Origin: a virus
Taxonomy: Duplodnaviria; Caudoviricetes
Length of the DNA: 64,000 bases
IMG/VR virus record: IMGVR_UViG_3300043672_000039
Coordinates: 9,187 to 73,186 of that record
Strand: one strand, 5' to 3'
The position numbers were made by a program, and so were the translations under genes. How positions within the stretch are numbered: position 1 is the first letter of the stretch; every line of letters begins with the position of its first letter. The notes beneath the pieces were generated by a model. That model was not told the origin of the DNA, did no database searches, and saw only the letters and a program-made list of their open reading frames with translations. This document shows positions 26,188 through 35,964 of the stretch, in pieces.

Positions 26188-27218
26188 CGATTGATTACCA
26201 AGTGCCCTTTCAAAATCTTTTTGTCCGATTTGAGATACGGCGTGTAATACCCTCGGGTAAAATACCGGTTAAACTCCACTCTACATCGGGTAACTGCACC
26301 ATCGTCCGGGTTAACTTTAAATTCAAGAATCGCACCGCCTACTTCCATACGCAATCGTTTTTTTCTCGCAAAAACCGTTTGGCTTTGGAATCCGGGCATA
26401 CTGATCACATGCACATTGCGTTCTTGCATGTAGTTACTCACATGGTAGTGCCCCTGAATAAGGATCGCAGGTTTCTCTCCCCCCTCCAATGCCTCAACTT
26501 GTTTCTGACCGGTATAGGATCGCGCGTAAGCGGAGCCGCCGCCGGGGTGTTGAATCTTGATGATGGTGGACGCGCCGGTTTGCTTGTTCTTCAACTCGAC
26601 ATCGGCCTCGACGTGCCCGATATATTCCAAATCGGTGCGGCCTTGGTCTTTGGCGAGGTATCCAATGTAGCCGCCGATGTTAAACCCGGGAGCAAGCCAC
26701 GACTCGTGATCATCACCGGTGATAAAATAGGTCTTAATTCCCTTGCGTTGAGGATACTTATCCACCATATACTGTGCCTGTCCGTCAATAGTCGTTTCAA
26801 ATACGCTCGCACCGTTGATACGCGCGACATACCCATCAATAGGATTCCCCGCATGAAAAACAGTAGTGATGCCTTCCTTAGCAAATAAATCATACTGATT
26901 GTGTAGCTCAGTAAGGCACTCCTCTTTGCAGCAAAGGTGAGTGTCGGAGACGAGCCCGTAGCGAATCCAGTCACCACAGTCCACATTTTTCAGCGGGAGA
27001 TATCCGAATTCCGGCGGTGCGAGCTTCGCTTCTTCGGCGAGCTTCGGTATCGTGGGGTCGATTTCGCCCGGCTTGCCGAGTTGTTTCGCCTTGTTGATGA
27101 CGGAGTCGTAACTCCTAGCTAGGGTTGCCGCTATCACTTTGCTGGTTGCTCCCGCCGCGCGAAGGGCGACGAGCTTTGCGGTTTCTTCGACCGTCCACGG
27201 ACCTGTATTTAGTTTCAT
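26184..27218 (-). CDS. Calcineurin-like metallophosphoesterase with N-terminal Myb/HTH
   Basis: WTVEE..KL N-terminus, SDTH, AGNPIDG, GDDHE, QHP, GHYH motifs. Probable start 27218. Confidence 0.85.
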   Translation of the reverse strand: MKLNTGPWTVEETAKLVALRAAGATSKVIAATLARSYDSVINKAKQLGKPGEIDPTIPKLAEEAKLAPPEFGYLPLKNVDCGDWIRYGLVSDTHLCCKEECLTELHNQYDLFAKEGITTVFHAGNPIDGYVARINGASVFETTIDGQAQYMVDKYPQRKGIKTYFITGDDHESWLAPGFNIGGYIGYLAKDQGRTDLEYIGHVEADVELKNKQTGASTIIKIQHPGGGSAYARSYTGQKQVEALEGGEKPAILIQGHYHVSNYMQERNVHVISMPGFQSQTVFARKKRLRMEVGGAILEFKVNPDDGAVTRCRVEFNRYFTRGYYTPYLKSDKKILKGHLVINR

Positions 27219-27825
27219 TTTTGTTGGTATTCGGACTTGTTGGGAATGGGATACCGGCATTCAAAGCCTGTTCACGTTGTGCGAGCCATTCTAACATTTT
27301 AATCGGAAGTTCTCCCTGAAAAACTTGATCGAACGCGATGATCGCTTCAGCGGGGGACGTGCCCATGCCCGCGATGGTATTCTCCGGCGAGCCAGTGACA
27401 TCGCCGAGGAACGCTACCCATCCGGTGCCGTCAGAAGTTTTCTGAAGGATGGGGCGGAAACGAAAATGCGGGGACACGACTTCTTGCGCGGCGGCGGACT
27501 GATGCTTGAGCAATTCGATATTGTGATTCTGGATCAACTCCGCGCGGTGTTCCATGTCGTGCTGAAATTTCATTGAGAATCGGGCGGGGTCCGTGATGAT
27601 GCTATCGAGCCGGTTGCAAACATTGATGAAGGTCGCTTCAGCGGAATCGAGCACGTTACCACTTGGGTCGGAAGCTCCGGGAATTTTCTCCATATCCCGG
27701 AGAGGATTGAGCAACACCCCCATCAGCGTCCCCGCAATCGAGAGCAGGCTATTGATCTGAGTCGATGTGGTAGCGTCAGGGTGCGGTAAATTTTGGCTCA
27801 GGGCTAATTGATCTTTAGGACTCAT
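27115..27825 (-). CDS. Hypothetical protein
   Basis: Coupled to the RuvC-like gene, overlaps the next gene by about 100 nt. Confidence 0.5.
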   Translation of the reverse strand: MSPKDQLALSQNLPHPDATTSTQINSLLSIAGTLMGVLLNPLRDMEKIPGASDPSGNVLDSAEATFINVCNRLDSIITDPARFSMKFQHDMEHRAELIQNHNIELLKHQSAAAQEVVSPHFRFRPILQKTSDGTGWVAFLGDVTGSPENTIAGMGTSPAEAIIAFDQVFQGELPIKMLEWLAQREQALNAGIPFPTSPNTNKNETKYRSVDGRRNRKARRPSRGGSNQQSDSGNPS

Positions 27826-28322
27826 ACATGCTTAAGATGTTTCTTGGCCCAATGCCAGAGCCAAATTGCGTCAATTGCATCATCCGAGAGGGTAACCGAT
27901 TTCCATCGCGGATACAACAAGTAAAGTGACGCCGCCATCATTTCTTTGGTAGCGCCGCCATGCCCGGTAGCAAATTTTTTCAAGGTGCCGGTAGGAACAC
28001 ATTCGATTATAACACCGCTCCGCGCACCAAAAGCGCACCACACCGCCGCCCGAAAGCTCGACCAAAGCTGAACCTGATAGGTTGAGGAAGCAAACTGCAC
28101 GTCTTCAAAAATCACTATATCAGCTTTACACTCATTCAGTTGAGAATAAAGGCTCATTACGCGCGGATCACATCTTCGAGTCATTCTCGTCTTACCGTAT
28201 TCAGTAATCATTTTACGAGATGCGAGTTTCCACGTTCCGGCATACTCCGGTTTTGAATCCATGTCTATCCCCATGGCGTAACCAGTATCGGTGCCTAAAT
28301 CAAGTGCGAGGATTTTCTTCAT
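27822..28322 (-). CDS. RuvC-like Holliday junction resolvase
   Basis: ILALDLG..TGYA, VIFED, LKKFATG.G.A.KE.M, DDAIDA. Confidence 0.85.
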   Translation of the reverse strand: MKKILALDLGTDTGYAMGIDMDSKPEYAGTWKLASRKMITEYGKTRMTRRCDPRVMSLYSQLNECKADIVIFEDVQFASSTYQVQLWSSFRAAVWCAFGARSGVIIECVPTGTLKKFATGHGGATKEMMAASLYLLYPRWKSVTLSDDAIDAIWLWHWAKKHLKHV

Positions 28323-29035
28323 TCGAGTTTCTTGCTGCGCATCAGTTCGTTTCGGATTTTGCGCAGCGCCTTTGAATGAGTGCTCTGAGCCGCCGAGCGG
28401 GTTGTCGCCGTCAGGTCTCCGATTTGCTGAAAGTTTAGGTGCCCCCGGTAAACTAAATCGATGACCATTTGTTCTTGCTCGGTAAGTTTTTTCTTGATGA
28501 TGTCTTCGACGATCTTCAGGCGTTCTCGAAAATCTATACTTCTGAAATCAGCTTCCTCATGGGGCTCAATTACGTGTTCGAAAGCTGGTTTGAAATTCCA
28601 ATCCTCATACTCGTTTAGCTCAAGTTCAGGGTCCGTAAGTCCACCGCCCGGAAGAAACACTGCCGCCCAACCATTGTGCAAATATTTTGTGGTTTCTTCC
28701 TCATGCAAGCTCGAATGTTTTACAACATCAATCGTTTTCCAATAGTCACTTATCTCACCACGGATGGCAATTTTTGAGAACGCCATGAAACGCAGCGTGC
28801 CGGGCCGGAAACGTTTTGCAGACCGGCGAAGCGCGAGATAGCACAGACTGAACAACTCGTCGTCAGCGATTTTGTTCCGGCACACGCGTTTCGAATAGAG
28901 AAAAGCGTCTCGCATGGTGTGCAGCACGAGCGAGTTTATGTCGTCATCGTTCTTGTCGTGCTGGATTTTGCGGGCGAGATCGAATTCCTGATCGCGCGTG
29001 AAAACATCGGGAGGCAGTGATTCAAGTAGCTTCAT
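28319..29035 (-). CDS. Phage RNA polymerase sigma factor (sigma70 family, group-3-like)
   Basis: Region 1.2 TRDQEFDLARKI, region 2 ELFS...AL..SAKRF...RF..F....IRGEI, region 4 LTEQEQMVI...FQQIG...ALRKIR. Start ATG 29035. Confidence 0.85.
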   Translation of the reverse strand: MKLLESLPPDVFTRDQEFDLARKIQHDKNDDDINSLVLHTMRDAFLYSKRVCRNKIADDELFSLCYLALRRSAKRFRPGTLRFMAFSKIAIRGEISDYWKTIDVVKHSSLHEEETTKYLHNGWAAVFLPGGGLTDPELELNEYEDWNFKPAFEHVIEPHEEADFRSIDFRERLKIVEDIIKKKLTEQEQMVIDLVYRGHLNFQQIGDLTATTRSAAQSTHSKALRKIRNELMRSKKLE

Positions 29036-31229
29036 TGGGGACGGTAAAAATTGAAACGGTTTGAGGCTCCGGCGCGGAGACCTGCGGGGGTGCCGCAACT
29101 TGGGTTGTCCGGCTGAATTTCCAGACGCGGGTATTGATTGGCCCGGTCTCAGCCGTGCATTGCATCAAACCTTCTTTCTGAATCTGTTCGAGATAGCGGG
29201 AGACCTGCTCTAGTTTGATCGAATGAAGGACGTATTCATTCAAGGGATTCGTCGCGAGCATCTTGATGAGCTTTGATACCGAGCCGCGCCATTCTGTTAG
29301 GTCCGGCTGACCGTCGAACAACTCTTGCAGCGATTCGATCAACAATTCTTTGAAGGGTGCGCTTGGGTTGCTCTGCTGAGATTGCTCAAGCAACGTTTGC
29401 TCTTGAAAGGACGCGAATCCGTAACGTGAGTCCCGCTCAATTTCCTCCGGCGCTATCCAATCGATGAGCCAGCGTAGGAAGTAGGGTAGCTCCGCCTGAA
29501 TGAGTTGTTTCGTTTCCGCGCGGCTCGGGAATTTGAACCGGGACGCCGCCGCGCATTTGAATAAGCACGTCTTGTCGAGGGAGGAATTGTCCATCGGTCC
29601 GACGATTCGACTGCTAACAAAGTCTAAGTTAGTCGTGCAGCCGATTCGCCCCATCCATTCGGTCATCCCGGAGACCTGAAATTTTTCGTTCGCCAAGTGC
29701 TGCTGATTCGCCGCCGTCTTCTTGAACATCGCATGGAGCTTGGCGTTTGCAGTCGGGGAGTTTGACGGCGTATCATCATCAAGACACCAATGGGGGACGT
29801 GCATCAAGTGCGAATTGAACACCGAGCCCTCGACAAGGTAATCAGACGCATCGATGAACCCGCCAACCGCGACGCCGATTATTTGCCGGTTGATGAGAGT
29901 CTTTCCAATGCCGACACCGCCCATCAAGAACATATTTTGTCCGGGCATCGGGTTCTGAAACCACGAGGAGCAATAGTAGTATTGAAACCACGCTAGGAAG
30001 TGCGGAAGTTGTGACGCCGGGTCGAACAGTGCGTCAAGCAACTTCGAAAGGAACGGGAATTTTCCTTGCTCTCCCCACTCTTGAGCCCCCTCCGCAGGTG
30101 CCGTGGGCTTGTGGATGTAAGTATTGAGCATCCGCTCACCGAGAAAGTCGAGGGGTCCAGACGCGCGGAACACAAATGGGACTGCGGCCTTGATACGGTT
30201 GTGATTGAAAATGTGGCTCAGTGCTTTGTCGAGCGGAGATACGCCGGACTTGTCCGCTTTATTACTCAGCGCACAATCGACCTTCAGGTAATTGGTAATT
30301 TCTTTTTCACCTAGCGACGCATACATTCCCCGAATCTTTCGCCAAACCCTTTTGGAATCCCACCAGACATCCATGGTTGCCTTAGTGATGCTGCTCTCAG
30401 AGAATTGCTTTACGAAATCGTTACCGAGGATATCCGCCCACGTCGAAAATGGTTTGGCGGCATGCGCAGAAAAAGAAAACATGCCGGTCGGTTTGACGAT
30501 TGCAGAGAGGGGCGATGTGCTTTCCGGAATCCAGAAGCTTGGGCCTTGCGACTCGACCGCGAATTCACCCGGCCAGTTCATGTTCGGGTATTTTTCCTTC
30601 AACGCTTTTTCAACGATGTCGAGCGGGATATCGGTTTCGTTCGCAGGCCGGAAACGAAACTTGCGCCCGCAGTCCACGAAGAACGCTTGCAACGCGGGCT
30701 CGGAAATTTGCGGAAGATTCGTCGCTTTCCAAACGCAACCATTGCAAAGCAGACGGCTTGGGGCTTGGAATGCGGGGGCATCAAATGCCGGTAACATATC
30801 GAGTTGCAACCATTTAATCGCGGCTTCGAGAACGAAGGCGCAAAAAGCGTATTCATCAACGAGCAGGGGGCGGGGGAGTATCCAGACGAGTCGAACATTG
30901 CCGCCGAGGGAACGTTCGACCCACTGTGGGGGATACGGCATCGCGGCGATAGCCTCAGAGACTCTGGCGTCCGGGATATTAACATCGTAGTCAGCGGCAA
31001 AGGCATGGATTTTATGAGGACTGTTCTCCTTGCCCGGGCGCATATTCGCATTAATCGCTTCGATCCCGCTATAAAAAGAATGATTAGTTGCAGGATTGGC
31101 ATACCACGCCTGTCGATCTTCTTTACTTCCCCGAATTTGTGCAGTTATTTTTTCTGTGGGAATGAATTCCCACGGAATACTGGGTATGACGGACTGTTCT
31201 GTAAGATTTTTTGCAGCAAAGAATATCAT
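29022..31229 (-). CDS. DNA primase-helicase (D5/SF3-like C-terminal domain)
   Basis: AADYD, SLGG..RLVW primase-like N-terminus, Walker A MGGVGIGKT, CLDDD. Start at ATGA overlap 31229. Confidence 0.75.
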   Translation of the reverse strand: MIFFAAKNLTEQSVIPSIPWEFIPTEKITAQIRGSKEDRQAWYANPATNHSFYSGIEAINANMRPGKENSPHKIHAFAADYDVNIPDARVSEAIAAMPYPPQWVERSLGGNVRLVWILPRPLLVDEYAFCAFVLEAAIKWLQLDMLPAFDAPAFQAPSRLLCNGCVWKATNLPQISEPALQAFFVDCGRKFRFRPANETDIPLDIVEKALKEKYPNMNWPGEFAVESQGPSFWIPESTSPLSAIVKPTGMFSFSAHAAKPFSTWADILGNDFVKQFSESSITKATMDVWWDSKRVWRKIRGMYASLGEKEITNYLKVDCALSNKADKSGVSPLDKALSHIFNHNRIKAAVPFVFRASGPLDFLGERMLNTYIHKPTAPAEGAQEWGEQGKFPFLSKLLDALFDPASQLPHFLAWFQYYYCSSWFQNPMPGQNMFLMGGVGIGKTLINRQIIGVAVGGFIDASDYLVEGSVFNSHLMHVPHWCLDDDTPSNSPTANAKLHAMFKKTAANQQHLANEKFQVSGMTEWMGRIGCTTNLDFVSSRIVGPMDNSSLDKTCLFKCAAASRFKFPSRAETKQLIQAELPYFLRWLIDWIAPEEIERDSRYGFASFQEQTLLEQSQQSNPSAPFKELLIESLQELFDGQPDLTEWRGSVSKLIKMLATNPLNEYVLHSIKLEQVSRYLEQIQKEGLMQCTAETGPINTRVWKFSRTTQVAAPPQVSAPEPQTVSIFTVPNEAT

Positions 31230-31705
31230 GGAAAATTTAGCTGTAAAGAACATCTTAACCCGAGAGTTTTGGCGGCTAAATCATAAGCTTTCGCGGCCAT
31301 CTTTTCAGATAAAAAATTACCGAGATTTTTGTCTTTCCGATTTAGGCATATATGCGAAGCCCATTTTTGGCGGTCCGAATTCCAACTAACACCCCGATAT
31401 TTGGATGTCGCAAAACGTTTTTTGCTGCAATGACCGTGCGCGTTTTCTAGATGTGTTGCGGGCAACAAATTTTTACGACGATTATCTAATCCATCCCCAT
31501 TTTTATGATTCACTCGCGAGAACCCCGAAATAAAATGATGTAAATATTGCCCCGAAGATCGCTTTGTGCGGGGGTCCCATATGGCGCGTTTTGCGTAGCT
31601 GGTATGTGTGCGTAAGGATACCGACCAATTATACTCCATCGTCCGTAAATAATCAATACTATCCACAATCGCGAATTTTCCTTGAGTGAGCGGGATTCGT
31701 TTCAT
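31226..31705 (-). CDS. HNH_3-AP2 homing endonuclease
   Basis: IPLTQGKFAIVD, VNHKNGDGLDNRRKNL, SKYRGV...KW...LG.F..E..AA.AYD. Confidence 0.9.
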   Translation of the reverse strand: MKRIPLTQGKFAIVDSIDYLRTMEYNWSVSLRTHTSYAKRAIWDPRTKRSSGQYLHHFISGFSRVNHKNGDGLDNRRKNLLPATHLENAHGHCSKKRFATSKYRGVSWNSDRQKWASHICLNRKDKNLGNFLSEKMAAKAYDLAAKTLGLRCSLQLNFP

Positions 31706-33685
31706 TTATTTACAATAAAAAGACACAACTTTAGCTTCGGCGGCAATTGGGCATCCCTCAAGCCAGCCCGGGCATACTGACATTATTTTTTCCACATCCG
31801 TCGCCGTAACAGAGGGATCGACTTCAAGAATCGCCTCATCATGCGCCGTGAAAAGGACCGTATCAGGACCAAAGGCATCCTCTAGAGCGACGAGATGGTG
31901 CCCGAATACGTCCCGCGCGGTAGCTTGGACGAGGTTCTCACATAAAATCCCACCGTAATAGGGCTTACGTCTGCCATCTGATTCTGCTGTAAAAATCGTT
32001 CGCTTTACCGGCTTTCCATTTTCATCCGGCTCGATTCGAATACTCGCCCGAACCCCCCGATATGTCATGCAGCGTCCGCTTGGCATCTTCATTACAAAGT
32101 CAGAAGCAATCGAGCGTTTAAACGATTGGTCGAGATCGCTCCAAAGTTTAGTCAACAGCGGGCTTTTTTCCCGAAACTCTTTCACAATTTCTTTACTACG
32201 CTTGCCGTAACCGGAAACCTTTTTCACTTCTCCGGTCACGGGGTCCAGAGATTCAATCCATTCCGGGTCGTCTTTTGTTATATCGATTCCGCCTGCCGCC
32301 GCGATTGTGATAAATTTTTTCCACGCGGCCTGATAACCTAGGCCGAGAACCATGATCTTAATCAATTTGTAGTAGTCACTGTCCTTGTCCATTCTCCCGG
32401 TCGCGGCGTATCCCATGTTAGCCCGGGCAAATGCTTCATACACTGATAACCCCCCTCGTATCATGTCGAGTAATTTTTGATTACCCGTAATCCACGCAAG
32501 AACCCGAGGTTCAATCTGTGACAGGTCCGAAGTGATCATTTTTTTCCCGGGACGAGGCACCAGCAGAGAACGAAAATCAAGAGAGTATTTTACCCATTCC
32601 GAAAGCTCGCCCGTTTTCTTTTTTGCACTCAACGCGGAATCGATTCGGGCTTCATTAGTTTCCATTAACCCTAGTTCATTCACTAGTAGAGGTTTCTTAC
32701 GCGGATTTTGAAGGTTGATTTTTTCCGCTCCCGACCATCGGCCCGTATGCGCACCAAAAAATTTTAATCCGAAAGGCATCGTGCCGTCGTCTCGCAACCG
32801 TTCTTTCATCAACATGAAAGTTTTATATAACTTGTTCACACTGCGCCAAGATGATAGCGCGGAAATCCATTTGTGCGTCTTGCCGTAAGTTGTTTCCCAC
32901 TCCTCAAATGCTTCCTCCCCCTCGTTCGCCTTCACCGGGGGCGAGGGAATACCGACGCGGCGGCACATTTCCGCAATACACTTCGTCGAAGTCGGCTTAG
33001 TGTTGAATTCATCCCACGATTCATCCTCCGCACCGGCCAGCCACGGCAGAACTTTTTCTGTATTGAGTTTTACCTCATGCGCTTGCACGATGTAATCATT
33101 CAGTAACGCGGTGTTGATTTGAATTCCGCGCATGCCTTGCGCAATCGTTTGATTGCTCAATCGTCGTTCGATCTCCGGCCATTTCGCGGAGTGATCGTTC
33201 CAAAGACGCCAGCACCAATAAGCATCGGAGCCGCCATATTTCAGCATGTCGGAACGTTCTTTCTCCGAGAAATCCTGCGGCCAACGTTTTCCGTCCGCAT
33301 TGGCGCGAACGGATTTATCAAGTTTGATTTTGTAGAGAAATTCCACCGCGTCCGAGAGTGCTCGCCGATTGCAAAGATACGCGGTCATGTTCGCCGTGCA
33401 TTCCCAACTTGAATACTTAATCGGAGGAGCTAATTTTCTTTTCACTAACTCGTTGAAAACGGTATGGTCGAAGTAGCTGTTATGACTGAGAAGCCTCTGT
33501 CCTTCGAGAGCCGACCAATTAAAATCCCTCGGATGCCCGACCCATGATTGAGACCCATCACAAACGGCAAGCAAGTATGCGTCGAACATTTCATGGGCAC
33601 AATATTGCTCCGCAATCATCTGCCGCAAACCAAACTTAAGTTTGGAACTGTAAAAGGTCTCGAAATCCACGGCCACATTATTCAT
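31706..33685 (-). CDS. polA: DNA polymerase family A
   Basis: Exo I VDFET, TGRWSG, motif A SDLSQIEPRVLAW, motif B K..VLGLGY, motif C HDE. Confidence 0.95.
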   Translation of the reverse strand: MNNVAVDFETFYSSKLKFGLRQMIAEQYCAHEMFDAYLLAVCDGSQSWVGHPRDFNWSALEGQRLLSHNSYFDHTVFNELVKRKLAPPIKYSSWECTANMTAYLCNRRALSDAVEFLYKIKLDKSVRANADGKRWPQDFSEKERSDMLKYGGSDAYWCWRLWNDHSAKWPEIERRLSNQTIAQGMRGIQINTALLNDYIVQAHEVKLNTEKVLPWLAGAEDESWDEFNTKPTSTKCIAEMCRRVGIPSPPVKANEGEEAFEEWETTYGKTHKWISALSSWRSVNKLYKTFMLMKERLRDDGTMPFGLKFFGAHTGRWSGAEKINLQNPRKKPLLVNELGLMETNEARIDSALSAKKKTGELSEWVKYSLDFRSLLVPRPGKKMITSDLSQIEPRVLAWITGNQKLLDMIRGGLSVYEAFARANMGYAATGRMDKDSDYYKLIKIMVLGLGYQAAWKKFITIAAAGGIDITKDDPEWIESLDPVTGEVKKVSGYGKRSKEIVKEFREKSPLLTKLWSDLDQSFKRSIASDFVMKMPSGRCMTYRGVRASIRIEPDENGKPVKRTIFTAESDGRRKPYYGGILCENLVQATARDVFGHHLVALEDAFGPDTVLFTAHDEAILEVDPSVTATDVEKIMSVCPGWLEGCPIAAEAKVVSFYCK

Positions 33686-33867
33686 AGGCTGCGGCGAAGT
33701 TCGTCGATGCGGTTCTCTTGATCTTCGATAGTGCCCTGTAGTCTAGTAATTTCATCCGCCTTGGCTTGCATTTCCAAGCCGTGCTTGATGACGAGATCGC
33801 AGAGCGGGCACGTTAATTCCCAGTGCAAAATTTCTGGATGTCCTGCGTTGCAATATTCTTTACTCAT
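33682..33867 (-). CDS. Small Zn-ribbon/coiled-coil protein
   Basis: C..GH...CPLC, coupled to polA. Confidence 0.55.
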   Translation of the reverse strand: MSKEYCNAGHPEILHWELTCPLCDLVIKHGLEMQAKADEITRLQGTIEDQENRIDELRRSL

Positions 33868-33875
33868 AAGAAATT

Positions 33876-33903
33876 TGGCCGGTATTATATATAATACCGG
33901 CCA
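33876..33903. repeat. Perfect 28-bp palindrome
   Basis: TGGCCGGTATTATA|TATAATACCGGCCA. Confidence 0.95.
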
Positions 33904-33927
33904 GAATTATTTTCTACGGGCGGTATC

Positions 33928-34287
33928 TCATCGCGTTCGGCTGAGCGTGCAGCCGACCGTGGGTTGCCGTTGAACCTTGTTTTGGATCATCCGGCAAATC
34001 ATTTGATTGAAAATCGTTTCCAGATTCTCCAGAAACGCGCCCTTGACGAAGTTGACTTCGTCCGGAGTTGGGTCGGTCGGGCTTGCGGCCTGACCCTGCC
34101 CGAGTGCCGGATGCAGAGTGTTCGCGCTCTTGTTGCGCAACTCCCGCAAGACGTTCTCGATGTCAGCATAAAGCTCGTCGAGAAAATCCTGACCGGTGCG
34201 GGTAAATTTTCCGGCGCGATAAGTCTTCGAGCATCGCAGCGCGAAGTCCTTCGAGGCCGACTCGTTTATCATGCTGGAGACGTTCAC
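33928..34287 (-). CDS. Hypothetical protein
   Basis: Coupled ORF, basic ends. Confidence 0.55.
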   Translation of the reverse strand: MNVSSMINESASKDFALRCSKTYRAGKFTRTGQDFLDELYADIENVLRELRNKSANTLHPALGQGQAASPTDPTPDEVNFVKGAFLENLETIFNQMICRMIQNKVQRQPTVGCTLSRTR

Positions 34288-34913
34288 GATTCCACCCCCA
34301 TTTCGCCATGCTCCGGACAGTGGGGTGCGCCGACATCGTCAATCCACTTCTGGGTAGTGCGGCAGACGTATCCGCATTCCGCGTCCTGACACTGGCACTT
34401 AATGAGCCGGGAACCGGGCTTCGCTTTATTCCGAGACGGACCCCGGAAGCTTTCGAAAATGTCGCGGTCGAATTTGATCTCCTTCAAAAAGTCTTCGCCG
34501 GGCTTCGCCAAGTCCGTGTAACCATAGCCGACAGAACTGTCCCGGGGCTTCACTTCGAGCCCGAGCTTCTCCGCCATGATCTTGAATTTCTTGTTATGCA
34601 TCCGGCCATTGGAACAGTCCTTTATGCCGAGCACATTGTTTTCCGCGTGGGCCAGTTCGTGCAACAGGGTCTCGCCCATGTTGTGCTCTTTCAGATACTC
34701 CGCGCAGAGATTGATTTCATGCACGGTTGCCTTCTTGTCTTTCGTCCGCCAATACTCCGGACCGAACCAGCCGAGGGCATTCTTTCGCCCGGTGCTCTGA
34801 ATCGTCAAACAGATTTGTTCGGGCTTAACCGTGAGCCCGAAATGTTTGATCGCTTGTGAGATGACTCGCTCCGATTCGGTTATCACCGGCACGAGGGATG
34901 AACTATTTTTCAT
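34284..34913 (-). CDS. SprT-like zinc metalloprotease
   Basis: TLLHELAH...HNKKF, C-terminal CxC..C...C..H. Confidence 0.85.
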   Translation of the reverse strand: MKNSSSLVPVITESERVISQAIKHFGLTVKPEQICLTIQSTGRKNALGWFGPEYWRTKDKKATVHEINLCAEYLKEHNMGETLLHELAHAENNVLGIKDCSNGRMHNKKFKIMAEKLGLEVKPRDSSVGYGYTDLAKPGEDFLKEIKFDRDIFESFRGPSRNKAKPGSRLIKCQCQDAECGYVCRTTQKWIDDVGAPHCPEHGEMGVES

Positions 34914-34960
34914 ACTTTTTGCATTCTAATGATTTGGCGTTTTGCCGCATCTTCAGAACC

Positions 34961-34988
34961 AATATAACACAGATTGTTTAAACGTCAA
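34961..34988 (-). promoter_or_regulatory. sigma70-type promoter
   Basis: TTGACG-N16-TATATT upstream of the SprT gene. Confidence 0.55.
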
Positions 34989-35011
34989 GTGGGGCGGTTG
35001 TCCGCCCCACT
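34988..35011 (-). terminator. GC-rich hairpin after the SSB-like gene
   Basis: 10-bp perfect stem AGTGGGGCGG/CCGCCCCACT, weak U tract. Confidence 0.55.
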
Positions 35012-35020
35012 GACGATGAA

Positions 35021-35926
35021 TTACTCAGCCACTTCGTCAGCGGGCACCGAGGCCGGAGCCACAGACCCAGTAAGCAGGGCTCGAACAAAGTCGAGGAACG
35101 CTTCCGTATTCTTGGCCCTCGGAACACAGACCGGAATCCACGTCGAGTTGCCGCTTTTATACGGCTTCAGGATGGTGGAAGCGGAGAAGTTCATCGTAGG
35201 GTATCCCTTCTGAAGGCAACCGATTCTCCGTTCCGTGAAGAACACGCCTTTGGCCAGCGAAGTATATGACGTGCCCTTCAGCGCCCAAAGAGCCAGCGCG
35301 TATTTCTTTCCGTCCACGGCGAAACCGAAAACGGTGTCATCGTCCGCCGCAGTTGCCGGGCGTTCGATGAGCACCACCGCGTCCGCCAATGGCTCGAACC
35401 GTTTCATGCCAGCCGCTTTCTTCAGTTGGTATTCCTTGTAGTCAAGGGTGCCGCCGTAGGCTCTGACTTCTGCCTCGGTGTTGACGATGAGGTTGCTGAC
35501 GCCGGGAGCATAAACGTCCGGCTTCTCAACGTAGCGCGTGGGCCGGAAGCCCAGCACGGTGATAAACGCCGGGGCTGACGCCGCGCGGCGAACGTTGCCG
35601 GTAGCCATGTCGATATCCGGCGGGGTGAACAGAACAGTCGTCCGGCGAAAAACAATCGAGCCTGGGTGGAACTGATCTTTGAGGTTGCCGGTATCATATA
35701 CGAGATTGACCCGAGGCAAGATTATGTCCTCAAATCCCGGGAGGGTATCGCCAAGAACAAATCCGGAGCCTTTCGCAGGCACACCCGGAGAGGGCGGAAC
35801 GACTGCCGGAAGGTTGGAGGTTTGTGCGGGCTTAGCCGCGTCAACCGCCGCATTCTCTGCGGGGGTCTGGACTGGTGTAACAGGCTGTGCGCCTTTGCCG
35901 AAGGATGTATTGAATTTGACTTCCAT
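35021..35926 (-). CDS. Putative ssDNA-binding/annealing protein
   Basis: Disordered N-terminus, acidic C-terminal tip (DEVAE), next to exonuclease and polA. Confidence 0.45.
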   Translation of the reverse strand: MEVKFNTSFGKGAQPVTPVQTPAENAAVDAAKPAQTSNLPAVVPPSPGVPAKGSGFVLGDTLPGFEDIILPRVNLVYDTGNLKDQFHPGSIVFRRTTVLFTPPDIDMATGNVRRAASAPAFITVLGFRPTRYVEKPDVYAPGVSNLIVNTEAEVRAYGGTLDYKEYQLKKAAGMKRFEPLADAVVLIERPATAADDDTVFGFAVDGKKYALALWALKGTSYTSLAKGVFFTERRIGCLQKGYPTMNFSASTILKPYKSGNSTWIPVCVPRAKNTEAFLDFVRALLTGSVAPASVPADEVAE

Positions 35927-35964
35927 ACTTTTATTTTTATGTTTTTATTTTGTTTTTGGTTTTT

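Noticed and set aside
31706-33685. Possible introns or inteins in polA, terL, primase or helicase given the many homing endonucleases
   Set aside because: Each gene is a continuous ORF with all motifs in order. The endonucleases are intergenic and no C/S...HN-C/S/T intein signature was seen.
33876-33903. Resemblance of the palindrome centre (ATTATATATAAT) to hairpin-telomere resolution sites
   Set aside because: No protelomerase or tyrosine recombinase gene is visible in the window
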